From Candidatus Altimarinota bacterium (GTDB lineage Bacteria; Patescibacteriota; Gracilibacteria; UBA4473): 64,000 nucleotides of DNA. The translations under genes and the position numbers were made by a program. The stretch covers positions 1,014-65,013 of the forward strand of contig JABAZT010000028.1 of NCBI GenBank assembly GCA_018608565.1. The letters are read 5' to 3'. Under the pieces are notes generated by a model. The model worked only from the letters and a program-made list of their open reading frames with translations, had not been told where the DNA came from and did not search any database. Positions 42,462 to 52,742 of this stretch are shown one piece after another (positions within the stretch are counted from its first letter, which is position 1; every line of letters starts with the position of its first letter).

Positions 42462-44771
42462 ATGTCAGAAACGCTTCAAGAGTTTTACGAACGTCACAAA
42501 GACTTTGCCTTCTCTTATATTTTATATGTCTTTGGTGGAAACCAAAGGGAGGCCTGCCGTGTCTTAAAACAAGTATTTATTGAGTTTTTTGAAGAAGCTG
42601 AATCAAACTCAAAAAACATGACGGATGACTATCTCAAGTCACTTCTACGAAGGAGAACTCGTACCTATGAAAAAAAATATCGAAAAGAAATTCAAGCCAA
42701 GCCACCAGCTGCCACCTACAACACACGACTACTAGAAACCGTCGGAGGTCTTCCTCAGCTACAACAAGACTGTATTATTTTTAAATACCTCTATCGACTT
42801 ACCCCAAAACAAATTTCCAAAATATTGGATAAAACAGAGATGAGTATTCGACAGAACATTAGTAGAGGAACCAAGAAAATTCTCACTGAAATGGAGGATA
42901 ACACACACACAAGTAGAACATTTCAGCTCCCGCTGGCTCAAGTTCCAGCTAGAATAGATCAAATTATAAAGCTTAAATTTCGACAGCCCCAATTCTCTTT
43001 TGGTGACTGGGGGATGTTTTATAAAAAATTGAAAGACCCTTGGACTACTTTTTGCCATCAGATTGCTCGAATGACACACTCTAAATGGGTTATTTTAGGA
43101 ATTCTTATATTAGGAGTTACCAGTGTTCTAAAAGTTCCAGATATTGTCTACTCCAGTGATCTTGTAGGACCAAAAAACCCACTCTACACCTGGAAACGAA
43201 GTATGGAGAATACACGTCTTGCGTCATTTCAAAATCCTGCAAATCGTTCTCGATACTATCTAGTCCTATCAAACAGAAGGATCAAGGAAGCCTATGGACT
43301 TAGTCGTACTCCTTCTCTTATTAGTTTGGTTTGGCAGGAGTCTTTTGCTAATACAGATTTCGTACTCCAAAACTCTACTACTTTGACACCAAAGAATAAT
43401 CTTGTGGCAGGACTTTTGGCTGAAGGTTCGTATTATCTAGGGCAATCAATACTAGAGGTAAATCTTATTGAAAGTCCTCATACAAGCTTTTCAATCTTAA
43501 AAGAAATTGACTCCAATCTAAAACAACACCAAATCTTGGTTCGGCATATCAAGAATATTAGTAGTGCCCCTGAATTGGTTGAAACCAGTACCAATATTCA
43601 AACAATACAGACACAACAACTCTCTACGATATCGACAAACCAGGCACTTATAACTGATTCGATTGCTACCGGAAAAACACCTCAACTTGTGGCAGCTCAA
43701 ACAATGAAAGTTGTTTTCAGTGGAAATCCAGGAAAAAACAAGATTATAAAAGAAACCCTAGAGAAACATAATAAAATGAGAGCTGATGCTCCACCATACA
43801 CAGAGACAGGAAACTACGAAGCTATTGAGTCATTTAAAGAAATTGTTTTGGATGTTCGAATTCCAATCTCTGAAGTTGAACTCACTCCACTCCCAATAGC
43901 CCCTTCTAGTGGTACATCTGTGTTAATGGAATCAAAACCACCAGTCCCGAATGTGCCAACTGAAACAAATGAAAAAACTACAACAGAAGAAGCTCGATCA
44001 AAACTAAATGATCAATTCACCGATCCATTAGAAGAAGTCATATCAGATCCATCAGAACCTATAGAAGAAGCTTCCCCTCTTGTTCCCGAAACCGAGAATA
44101 TCATCCCTGTAATTGATATTCCTAAATCAGAGAACCCTTCTGCCATTGATGCAGAAGTTGAAAATCTTGAAAATACATTTGAAGCGCTTCAAGATGCCAA
44201 ACAAGATATTCCCCCAATCATAACTGACTCTCCTGAAACAGATTCTCAAATAATTGAAGAGCCTATTGCTCCCGAAACAATTGCCGAAGAAATATCACCT
44301 CCTGCGGTAGAAGAAACGGCCAACACAGAATTGATCGAATCTACTGAACCTGAAACGGTTATCCCGGCTGAAACAATAGCACCGCTATCTACTCAGGAAG
44401 AAACAGCACCGCCTGCTACTCCAGATACTACTGAGGAGTTGATTGAATCTACTGAACCCGTCGCACCTCCGACAACTACAACCCCACCCCCGACGCCCGT
44501 AGTTGAAATACCTAAGCCTGAAACAGAGACCGAAATAAAAACAGAAAATAACACAGAGCCAAATGTCCTAGAAGAAACACCTCCTAGCGAAATAACGCCG
44601 GACACTGAAAATGAAATTCCTTCAGAAGAAGCCGCTACTCCAAAACCGACATCACTACAACCAGAAAAGGTAAAAGCGATGGAACAACTTTTTGGAAGTA
44701 AGGCGGAAAAAAAACCAGACCCAACGGGAATCCCAATCGAAACAACTATCACCGAAAAAGAAATTCAATAA
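42462..44771 (+). CDS. ECF-like sigma factor fused to TM helix, DUF5667-like domain and Pro/Glu/Thr-rich tail
   Basis: Region 2-like N-terminus, region 4 (LPQLQQDCIIFKYLYRLTPKQISKILDKTEMSIRQNISRG), TM WVILGILILGV, PKNPLYTWKRSMEN..LSNRRIKEA. Confidence 0.75.
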   Translation: MSETLQEFYERHKDFAFSYILYVFGGNQREACRVLKQVFIEFFEEAESNSKNMTDDYLKSLLRRRTRTYEKKYRKEIQAKPPAATYNTRLLETVGGLPQLQQDCIIFKYLYRLTPKQISKILDKTEMSIRQNISRGTKKILTEMEDNTHTSRTFQLPLAQVPARIDQIIKLKFRQPQFSFGDWGMFYKKLKDPWTTFCHQIARMTHSKWVILGILILGVTSVLKVPDIVYSSDLVGPKNPLYTWKRSMENTRLASFQNPANRSRYYLVLSNRRIKEAYGLSRTPSLISLVWQESFANTDFVLQNSTTLTPKNNLVAGLLAEGSYYLGQSILEVNLIESPHTSFSILKEIDSNLKQHQILVRHIKNISSAPELVETSTNIQTIQTQQLSTISTNQALITDSIATGKTPQLVAAQTMKVVFSGNPGKNKIIKETLEKHNKMRADAPPYTETGNYEAIESFKEIVLDVRIPISEVELTPLPIAPSSGTSVLMESKPPVPNVPTETNEKTTTEEARSKLNDQFTDPLEEVISDPSEPIEEASPLVPETENIIPVIDIPKSENPSAIDAEVENLENTFEALQDAKQDIPPIITDSPETDSQIIEEPIAPETIAEEISPPAVEETANTELIESTEPETVIPAETIAPLSTQEETAPPATPDTTEELIESTEPVAPPTTTTPPPTPVVEIPKPETETEIKTENNTEPNVLEETPPSEITPDTENEIPSEEAATPKPTSLQPEKVKAMEQLFGSKAEKKPDPTGIPIETTITEKEIQ

Positions 44772-44786
44772 TTTTATAGAAAACGA

Positions 44787-46268
44787 ATGAGCCTTCAGAA
44801 GATTCAACTCCATAACTCACTCACCAATAAAAAAGAAGTATTTAGTCCTCTCATCCCAGAAAAAGTTTCACTTTATTCTTGTGGACCTACGGTCTATGAC
44901 TATGCCCATATTGGGAATTTTCGTTCATTCCTGATGAGTGATCTGCTTACTCGTGTGCTTACTATGGCTGGATATGAGGTTACGAAAGTCATGAATATAA
45001 CTGATGTAGGACATCTGACTGGTGATGATATGGCGGATGCTGATGGCGAAGACAAAATCGCTAAAAAAGCACTCAAAGAGAAGAAAGATGCGTTTGCGGT
45101 CGCAAAAATGTTTGAGGACGCTTTTGTCGAAGATGAGGCTAAACTCAAAATACAAGCTCCAGACCATCGTCCACGAGCCACCGACTACATCCCGGAACAG
45201 ATTGAGCTCTGCAATATATTGATCGACAAAGGTCATGCCTATATGATCAACGGATCGGTTTATTTTCGAACTAAGTCTTTTCCTACCTATGGAAAACTCT
45301 CCAACAATAAGCTAGAAGATCTCGATGCTGGAAATCGAGTAGAGATTAATACCGAAAAAGAAGATCCACTTGATTTTGCTCTCTGGAAAGCCGCTGATGC
45401 AAAACATCTCATGCAATGGGACTATCACACCGCCGAGAAGCTCACCCCCGACACAGATCAACCAGATACGGTTAGCCCTGGTTTTCCAGGATGGCATATC
45501 GAATGTTCTGCTATGAGCCAAAAACTTCTTGGTGATCGATTTGATATTCATACTGGAGGTGAAGACAATGTTTTTCCGCATCATGAGTGTGAAATTGCTC
45601 AAAATGAATGCTCTTGTGGTCATCAATCGGTGAACTATTGGCTCCATGCCAAACACCTTCTGGTAGAAGGAGAAAAAATGTCTAAATCGAAAGGAAATTT
45701 TTATACGGTTCGAGACTTGTTTGACAAAGGATGGAATGGAAACGAGATCCGTTATCTTTTGATTTCGGCACACTATAGAACGGCTCTTAATTTTAGCTTA
45801 CAGGGTCTTGAAATGGCTCGTAACTCTATCGCACGAATCACAGAAGCTCGACGAATTTTTAATCAAATAAACGAGGACAAAGAAGAAAACTCTAATGATG
45901 ACTGGATACAGACTCATCGTAATAAATATCAATCAGCACTCTGTGACGATCTAAATACTGCCGATGCTCTTGGAGCTGTATTTGAGCTTATCAATGAAGG
46001 TCTCAAACGAAGAGAAACTAATACGCTTAGTAGTTCTGAGGCTTTAGAATTGATCACTTTTTTGGATACAAAGTTCAATGCTATTTTTGAAGTTCTCGAA
46101 ACAGAGGAAACCGTAATCCCTGAGGAAGTTATCAATCTCATGGATCAACGAGCACAAGCACGAATAGACAAAGATTATGCTGCCTCAGATAGCATACGAG
46201 ATCAAATCAAAGATCTAGGGTATGAAGTTCTAGATGAATCTGGCGGGCAGAGCGTCCGAAAGATATAA
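44787..46268 (+). CDS. cysS: Cysteine--tRNA ligase
   Basis: CGPTVYDYAHIGN, NITDVGH, DFALWK, PGWHIECSAM, FPHHECE, KMSKSKGN. Confidence 0.98.
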   Translation: MSLQKIQLHNSLTNKKEVFSPLIPEKVSLYSCGPTVYDYAHIGNFRSFLMSDLLTRVLTMAGYEVTKVMNITDVGHLTGDDMADADGEDKIAKKALKEKKDAFAVAKMFEDAFVEDEAKLKIQAPDHRPRATDYIPEQIELCNILIDKGHAYMINGSVYFRTKSFPTYGKLSNNKLEDLDAGNRVEINTEKEDPLDFALWKAADAKHLMQWDYHTAEKLTPDTDQPDTVSPGFPGWHIECSAMSQKLLGDRFDIHTGGEDNVFPHHECEIAQNECSCGHQSVNYWLHAKHLLVEGEKMSKSKGNFYTVRDLFDKGWNGNEIRYLLISAHYRTALNFSLQGLEMARNSIARITEARRIFNQINEDKEENSNDDWIQTHRNKYQSALCDDLNTADALGAVFELINEGLKRRETNTLSSSEALELITFLDTKFNAIFEVLETEETVIPEEVINLMDQRAQARIDKDYAASDSIRDQIKDLGYEVLDESGGQSVRKI

Positions 46269-46287
46269 TATATTTCCTTCAAATAAT

Positions 46288-46515
46288 ATGGCTGAAACAC
46301 TAGGATCGACACTCGAAAGTAGTACCGGAACTGAATTACTCAAGAAAACAGTTCACCTTACTGCACTTGCTGCAGGACTTGCTCTTGGGCTTGATTATGG
46401 TCTTGATGTTGCTGCTGGTATGGAAGGCGTGTTGGGCAAAATAGGCGCTACACTTGGCTGGACTGCGGCAGGAGGAATTATTGGTAATGCTATTGGTAAA
46501 ACTGCAACAAAATAA
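46288..46515 (+). CDS. Small Gly/Ala-rich membrane-type protein (glycine-zipper-like)
   Basis: 75 aa from ATG 46288; ALAAGLALG, GKIGATLG, AAGGIIGNAIG. Confidence 0.65.
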   Translation: MAETLGSTLESSTGTELLKKTVHLTALAAGLALGLDYGLDVAAGMEGVLGKIGATLGWTAAGGIIGNAIGKTATK

Positions 46516-46571
46516 ATCTTAGACTTGATTTAATTTTGATGGTGATTAGGATCTGTCAGCTCTTTTGTGTC

Positions 46572-46648
46572 GCAGGTGTAGCTCAGCTGGATAGAGCATC
46601 GGTCTTCGGAACCGAGGGCCATAGGTTCGAATCCTATCACCTGTACCA
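46572..46648 (+). tRNA. tRNA-Arg (anticodon UCG)
   Basis: Cloverleaf: acceptor GCAGGTG/CACCTGT, D stem GCTC/GAGC, anticodon stem TCGGT/ACCGA with loop CT-TCG-GA, T arm ATAGG-TTCGAAT-CCTAT, encoded CCA. Confidence 0.96.
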
Positions 46649-46667
46649 TTCAGAACATTATAAAATG

Positions 46668-46689
46668 CCTCCCTTGTGGAGGTTTTTTT
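46668..46689 (+). terminator. Intrinsic terminator after tRNA-Arg
   Basis: CCTCC-cttgt-GGAGG-T7. Confidence 0.8.
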
Positions 46690-46711
46690 AGATACCTATA
46701 AAAAAGGCTGA

Positions 46712-47632
46712 TCAAACAGATTTAAGTGGACAAGAACCGTATAGCTCTGATAATTTTTTGGCCGAAAGTTCTAATTTATTCATTTCTTCTTCCGAAAGAT
46801 CAAGTTTGGGAACTTGTATAATCCCATCTTTCCCAATGACGGCAGGAACCCCTATTGGAGTATGCCGAAGTTCTTTGTGATCGGTATGAGGATACACCGT
46901 TGAAACTGGTAATATTTCATGCGTATTATGGATAATCGCATTCAAAATTTTGGTGGTAGCCCCACTAATTCCAAAATAAGTAGCCCCTTTCCCTGCAATT
47001 ATTTCATACGCTGCTGTTTTAACAGATTCTTCAATTTCTTCTTTTTTATCCGATCCTAGCTCTTCACATGGCTTAACCGTTGACCAAGCCACAAATTCAC
47101 TATCTCCATGCTCCCCTAGCACATATCCATGCACATTCTTTATATTTACGTCAAAATGTTCGGCAATCCGCCAACGAAGCCGAGCTGAGTCAAGTAGTGT
47201 CCCGGTTCCAATAATTCTTTCCTGAGGGATGTTGAAAATCTGGTAGGCTAGGTGGGTCAAAATATCTACAGGATTGGTTACCAATAGTATAATAGCCGAA
47301 GATTTAATTGGGTTTAGCTTGTCGGCAATACTTTTTAGGATCTTAGAGTTTTTATTGAGCAGATCACATCGAGTTTCCCCCGGAGCTTGATTGGCTCCCG
47401 CAGTAATGACTACAATATCCATTTCTACAATTCTTGGATCATTGAAATCAATTCCTTGTATTTGCGTATGCTGAGAAAACAACAACGTGTCCTTAAGATC
47501 TAAAACCTGAGCCTTCTCCAATTCCTGATTGATATCAAGAAGAAAAAATTCAGCTCCCACCTCTTTGGTAATCCCATGATGAATAATATGAGCTCCAACA
47601 TTCCCAGCGCCAATAACAAGAACTTTTTTCAT
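46712..47632 (-). CDS. ldh: L-lactate dehydrogenase
   Basis: IGAGNVG, ITAGANQAPGETR (Gln specificity residue), VTNPVD, GTLLDSAR, GEHGDSE, KGATYFG. Confidence 0.93.
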   Translation of the reverse strand: MKKVLVIGAGNVGAHIIHHGITKEVGAEFFLLDINQELEKAQVLDLKDTLLFSQHTQIQGIDFNDPRIVEMDIVVITAGANQAPGETRCDLLNKNSKILKSIADKLNPIKSSAIILLVTNPVDILTHLAYQIFNIPQERIIGTGTLLDSARLRWRIAEHFDVNIKNVHGYVLGEHGDSEFVAWSTVKPCEELGSDKKEEIEESVKTAAYEIIAGKGATYFGISGATTKILNAIIHNTHEILPVSTVYPHTDHKELRHTPIGVPAVIGKDGIIQVPKLDLSEEEMNKLELSAKKLSELYGSCPLKSV

Positions 47633-47675
47633 AAGAAACGGAAAATAAATTAGAAAGAGAAACTATCAAAAAAAC

Positions 47676-48926
47676 TTATCCAAACATCAACAATTCAGGC
47701 TTGAAGATAAGTAATCCTCCAAGAATAAGCATTAATATTCCACCAATTATATGAGAATATCGTGCATACTTTGTATCAATATTTGCATAGCGCAGTGTCG
47801 TCATAGCGATCCCAAACACTACCAAATCGTCCAACATAAAGATCAAAATATAAAATGCTAAGTAGGCATAATATTGCCACGTTTCCAAATTACTCAAAAT
47901 CATAATTTCATTAAACACGACCGGCAATCCAGCACTACAAACTGCTTCTACTACATTAACAGCAAAGGCTAAAAGGATTATTCCCCCAAGTGCAATCCAA
48001 AGGTTCGGGTGCTGAGCAAATTGTTTGAGTCGAGCAAATACTTTTTGTTTATTTCCTCCATGAGACACCTTGCACTGCCCTGTTGGATTTGTTGCTGCAT
48101 CGTAGAGATACCATCCCCCAGCTCCGAGTGCTAGGAGTCCTATTGCGAGCCGAATCCAAAACACAAACCCAAGCAGCAATAGTACATTGAGCCAGGCGGT
48201 CATAATCAAAAAATAGACGAATCCAGAGGCTAGAATAAACGTGGAACCGAGAATCCACATACGCTTTCGGTCTTTCATTCCGAGTAACAAACTAATCAAA
48301 AATACCAACACCCACATCGCACAAGGATTAAATCCATCTAACAACGCAATAACAAATGTCAAAACTGGTAGTGACACATACTTTGTCTGAATTGTTCCAA
48401 AGAGTGGTAAATCAATCGTTTCTGGTATTTTTTTAGTATCTTCATTGGTACTACTGCGTTCCTTCCCCTTTTCTACCATTTTTACTTCGACTTCTTCCTT
48501 TTTAAACATTCCATCTCCTTCCTTCGTCACGCTACTTTTGAGCACTTCAATCTCTTCTCCTGCCAAAACTCGCCCTACTGCCTCTCTCACTTTTTTCCCC
48601 GTAGTTTCTCCACTCAAAAATCCTGAAATTGTTGTTTCTCCAACAATGGTAAATGGAGTCCCTGGAATTTTTTGGTCTAATATTTTTTCAAGTGAATGAA
48701 GTAATTTTAAATTTTCACGATTTTTTGTTAGTTCATAATCATAAATTTTTATTAGAACTTCTTTTGCTAACTCCCCTAAGAACTCTATCTCTGCAGCACA
48801 GTGTGGACATCCATGTGCATGAAAAAAATATACATGAGCCGCATTTTCAACCTCTTGTGCCTGAAGGGTGGAGGAAGGCACTAATATTGCCAAGAGTAAC
48901 ACGAAATGTAAGAATATCTTTTTCAT
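47676..48926 (-). CDS. Glutaredoxin/thioredoxin domain (CPHC) fused to CcdA-like TM domain
   Basis: Signal peptide, FHAHGCPHC, LLDGFNPCAMWVL, VEAVCSAGLP; start at ATG 48926. Confidence 0.85.
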   Translation of the reverse strand: MKKIFLHFVLLLAILVPSSTLQAQEVENAAHVYFFHAHGCPHCAAEIEFLGELAKEVLIKIYDYELTKNRENLKLLHSLEKILDQKIPGTPFTIVGETTISGFLSGETTGKKVREAVGRVLAGEEIEVLKSSVTKEGDGMFKKEEVEVKMVEKGKERSSTNEDTKKIPETIDLPLFGTIQTKYVSLPVLTFVIALLDGFNPCAMWVLVFLISLLLGMKDRKRMWILGSTFILASGFVYFLIMTAWLNVLLLLGFVFWIRLAIGLLALGAGGWYLYDAATNPTGQCKVSHGGNKQKVFARLKQFAQHPNLWIALGGIILLAFAVNVVEAVCSAGLPVVFNEIMILSNLETWQYYAYLAFYILIFMLDDLVVFGIAMTTLRYANIDTKYARYSHIIGGILMLILGGLLIFKPELLMFG

Positions 48927-48976
48927 TACCCGAATTATGTCATAAATATGACTCACTGGAAAATGAACTACTAGTC

Positions 48977-48992
48977 ATTCGGCATACCGAAT
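48977..48992. promoter_or_regulatory. Palindromic operator candidate upstream of pflB
   Basis: ATTCGG-CATA-CCGAAT; second palindrome GTCATA-AA-TATGAC at 48939-48952. Confidence 0.5.
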
Positions 48993-49037
48993 TAATAAGA
49001 CATGTTTTGCTAGATTAGATATTTTTTATTAACTTAA

Positions 49038-51302
49038 ATGGACATTATAAATAAAACTATGAAAGATATTTTTTCGGGAACAACATGGAAACAAGAAATT
49101 AATGTATCTGATTTCATCCAAGCAAACTATTCACCCTATCTAGGGAATAGTAGCTTCTTGGTAGATCCAACACCTAGAACCATAGATCTAAGAGGCAAAC
49201 TAGAAACACTCCAAAAACAAGAACGAGAAAATGGTGGTGTACTGGAGGTAGATGTACATATTCCGTCAACTATCACGAGTCATGCACCTGGATATATTGA
49301 TCAAGAGCAAGAACTTATTGTTGGACTGCAGACAGACAAACCCCTCAAACGAGCGATCAAACCACGAGGAGGTGTCCGAGTTGTAGAAAAAGCTTGTGAA
49401 TCCTATGGTGTCGAACTTGATCCGGCTGTCCAAGAATCTTTTTCAAAACATGTTACAACTCATAATGATGCGGTATTTGGTCTTTATGATACTTGGTCTG
49501 ATTTTGAAACCCCAGATGGCAAAAAACTTCGATCTAAAGGGGTTATCACCGGACTTCCAGATAATTATGCTCGGGGACGAATTATCGGAGACTATAGACG
49601 AGTCGTCCTCTATGGAGTTGATATATTGATCAAGGACAAACATGAATATCTAGATATACACTGTAAATTTCCACTGACTGAGACTATGCAACTGAGAGAA
49701 GAAATCAGCTGGCAAATCAAAGCTCTTAACGATATGAAAACCATGGCTCAAAGTTATGGATTTGATATTAGTCGTCCAGCAGAGAATTTTCGAGAAGCGG
49801 TACAGTGGTTGTATTTTGCCTATCTTGCTGCCGTCAAAGAACAGGATGGAGCCGCCATGAGTATGGGAAGAATTGATGCATTTCTTGATGTCTATGCAGA
49901 ACAAGATATAGAGAATGATATGTTGAATGAATCTGGAGTACAAGAGATTCTAGATGATTTTGTCATTAAGTTACGACTGATGAAGCATCTTCGTATGCCT
50001 GCCTACAATGATATATTTGCAGGAGATCCTACATGGGTGACGCTCGCACTGGGAGGAATGGGAAATGACAAACGAACTCTCGTAACTAAAACTACTTTTA
50101 GACTCCTCCATAGCCTCTACAACCTCGGTCCATCACCAGAACCCAATCTCACGATCCTCTGGTCTATCAATCTTCCTCAAGGATTTAAGGACTACGTGAG
50201 TAAAGTCGCGATAGATACTTCCGCCTTGCAATTTGAAAATGATGACTTGATGCAAGATCAAGGATTTGGATATGATTATGGTATTGCCTGTTGTGTCTCT
50301 GCGATGCAAATCGGGAAGCAGATGCAATATTTTGGGGCTCGATGTAATTTGGCGAAATTACTACTCTTAGCTCTCAACGAAGGACGTGATGAACTTGATG
50401 GATCTCCTGTAATAGAAGGAATTAAACCACTCAAAAATAAAGAATTTCTAAATTATGAAGAAGTAGAAACACAGTTTGAAATCTTGATGAATTGGATCTG
50501 TGAAAAATATGTCGGAACGATGAATCTAATCCACTACAGTCATGATCGACACTATTATGAAGGAGCTCAAATGGCATTGCATGACTGTAACGTAGAACGA
50601 CTCATGGCCTTTGGGATCGCAGGATTCTCGGTATTGGTTGATAGCCTCTCAGCTATTAAATATGCAAATGTAAAAGCGATAAGAAATAAGGAAGGTCTCA
50701 CTGAAAATTTTGAAATAACAGGAGACTATCCAACCTATGGATCAGATGATGATACAGTTGATGATATCGCTATTGAGGTACTTCAGTTATTTTACAAAAA
50801 ACTCAAACAAGTTCCAACGTATAGAAACGCAAAGCACACACTGTCGGTTCTAACGATAACTTCCAATGTTATGTATGGAAATAAAACCGGTGCTACCCCA
50901 GATGGAAGAAATTCTGGAGGTGCATTTGCTCCAGGGGCGAACCCTATGCATCATCGAGATAAATTGGGGGCGATTGCCTCTCTCAACTCCGTCTCAAAAC
51001 TTCCGTATGAGTGTTGTACTGATGGAATTTCAAATACATTTTCAATAACCCCTCAAGGACTTGGGAAAAATAATCTATCTCGAATACAAAACTTGAGTGC
51101 GCTGATGGATGGATACTTCGACAAAGACGCTCATCACCTAAATGTAAATGTCCTCAATGAAGAGACTCTGCGTGAGGCCATGCTCAAACCCGAAGAATAC
51201 TCAAACCTGACGATTCGAGTTTCTGGGTACGCAGTACGGTTTGTCAGCCTCAGTCCAAAACAACAAGAAGAAGTCCTTTCGAGAACGTTTCATAAGAGTT
51301 AG
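49038..51302 (+). CDS. pflB: Pyruvate formate-lyase
   Basis: [24 protein letters not shown] catalytic Cys pair, [17 protein letters not shown] glycyl radical site. Confidence 0.97.
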   Translation: MDIINKTMKDIFSGTTWKQEINVSDFIQANYSPYLGNSSFLVDPTPRTIDLRGKLETLQKQERENGGVLEVDVHIPSTITSHAPGYIDQEQELIVGLQTDKPLKRAIKPRGGVRVVEKACESYGVELDPAVQESFSKHVTTHNDAVFGLYDTWSDFETPDGKKLRSKGVITGLPDNYARGRIIGDYRRVVLYGVDILIKDKHEYLDIHCKFPLTETMQLREEISWQIKALNDMKTMAQSYGFDISRPAENFREAVQWLYFAYLAAVKEQDGAAMSMGRIDAFLDVYAEQDIENDMLNESGVQEILDDFVIKLRLMKHLRMPAYNDIFAGDPTWVTLALGGMGNDKRTLVTKTTFRLLHSLYNLGPSPEPNLTILWSINLPQGFKDYVSKVAIDTSALQFENDDLMQDQGFGYDYGIACCVSAMQIGKQMQYFGARCNLAKLLLLALNEGRDELDGSPVIEGIKPLKNKEFLNYEEVETQFEILMNWICEKYVGTMNLIHYSHDRHYYEGAQMALHDCNVERLMAFGIAGFSVLVDSLSAIKYANVKAIRNKEGLTENFEITGDYPTYGSDDDTVDDIAIEVLQLFYKKLKQVPTYRNAKHTLSVLTITSNVMYGNKTGATPDGRNSGGAFAPGANPMHHRDKLGAIASLNSVSKLPYECCTDGISNTFSITPQGLGKNNLSRIQNLSALMDGYFDKDAHHLNVNVLNEETLREAMLKPEEYSNLTIRVSGYAVRFVSLSPKQQEEVLSRTFHKS

Positions 51303-51335
51303 ACCCACTCACTATAAATTGTAGAACCGCCCCCC

Positions 51336-52136
51336 ATGTCACTCCCAATAATTCAGCCAACAACATCAAAACCACAAAAGAACTGTTGTGGCTGCGGAGG
51401 CTGTGAGTCTGGATACGTACATTCAATTGAGTCTATGGGAATGGTTGATGGACCTGGTATCCGAACTGTTGTATTTCTTTCTGGATGTCCTCTGAGATGT
51501 AAATACTGCCATAATATAGATGTGACGGTTCCCAAGTCTGGACAGTCATTTACTCCTGAGGAACTCGTCGACAAAGTAAAAAGTAATAAAACCTATTTTA
51601 AGTCTTCTGGAGGAGGGGTGACTTTTAGCGGAGGAGAACCCCTCTACCAAGCCTGTTTTCTCAAAAAATGCCTCCAACGCTGCCAAAAAGAAAATATTCA
51701 TACAGCGGTAGACACCTCACTCTTTACTGCGCCCAAAAATCTAAAAAAAATCATTCCCTATACTGATTTATTCATGGTCAGCATAAAGCAGATTGACGTC
51801 GAAGCACACCAAAAACTGACCGGAGTTTCAAATGAAGTTATCCTAAAGAATCTAAAAACACTCGCACAAGAAAAACAAAAAATTTGGATTCGGTATGTAT
51901 TGATCCCCGAAATGACTAATACCCCAGAATATCTAAAAAAACTTGTAAATATCCTAAAACCAATCAGTCCAGAAAAAATTGAACTGCTTCCCTATCATCA
52001 AGCCGGAGCAAATAAATGGAAACAAATTGGTCTAAAAAATGAATTTGAAGAAATACGAGTTCCAACAAAGACAGAAATAAAAACAGTAGTAGAATTTTTT
52101 GAGGCAGAGAAATTTAAAGTTTTGTACAACTCTTAG
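51336..52136 (+). CDS. pflA: Pyruvate formate-lyase activating enzyme (radical SAM)
   Basis: VDGPGIR, GCPLRCKYCHN, GGVTFSGGEP, IELLPYH. Confidence 0.96.
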   Translation: MSLPIIQPTTSKPQKNCCGCGGCESGYVHSIESMGMVDGPGIRTVVFLSGCPLRCKYCHNIDVTVPKSGQSFTPEELVDKVKSNKTYFKSSGGGVTFSGGEPLYQACFLKKCLQRCQKENIHTAVDTSLFTAPKNLKKIIPYTDLFMVSIKQIDVEAHQKLTGVSNEVILKNLKTLAQEKQKIWIRYVLIPEMTNTPEYLKKLVNILKPISPEKIELLPYHQAGANKWKQIGLKNEFEEIRVPTKTEIKTVVEFFEAEKFKVLYNS

Positions 52137-52639
52137 ATTGGTTTCTGTTTTTTCAAACAATGTTCTCGATGAGCACAATTAAGACAGGGCTGATCCTTAT
52201 TTGGATCAAGTCGGTATTTCCCCCACTCTTCCCAAAAATCTACTTTTTTCCCCCTAATTTCTTCTAAAAAATTATTGAATCGACACATTTCTAACGCGGT
52301 ATCTAGATCTAATACAGGCTCAATCTGTGCTGCTATATTTTTTGCATCCTGACAACAACGTCCCAAAACTTCTCGAAATAAAGTCGCAAAAATATACTGA
52401 TTTTGCTCAATAGACTTAAGAATTTTTTCCCCCTCGGAGGTTAATAATAAAAACTTATGATCATCTTCTCTAATTAGTTCTTTTTTTATTAAACGAAGAA
52501 TACTCTCAAAACAAGTTGAAGGACTCACTTTTAGATATTTAGCCACATCTATTTGCCGCACATCTCCTTGTATCGTCAGAGTATTGATTGCCTTCAAATA
52601 TTTTGTAGCCGTATGTGTCAGTGCTTTTTGTGATTCCAT
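52133..52639 (-). CDS. DtxR/MntR-like metal-dependent regulator with Cys-rich C-terminus
   Basis: KYLKAI..VRQIDVAKYLKVSPST..LLTSEG, AAQIEP; GRCC and CLNCAHREHC. Confidence 0.8.
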   Translation of the reverse strand: MESQKALTHTATKYLKAINTLTIQGDVRQIDVAKYLKVSPSTCFESILRLIKKELIREDDHKFLLLTSEGEKILKSIEQNQYIFATLFREVLGRCCQDAKNIAAQIEPVLDLDTALEMCRFNNFLEEIRGKKVDFWEEWGKYRLDPNKDQPCLNCAHREHCLKKQKPI

Positions 52640-52742
52640 GTATTCGCATTCTCTTATTTTGTGTTAGCTCAGTCAAAAACAAATGCTATGGCTTTTGAAA
52701 AAGATTAGTTATGAAAATCTAAAAGCCTAGAAAAGCTCCTTC

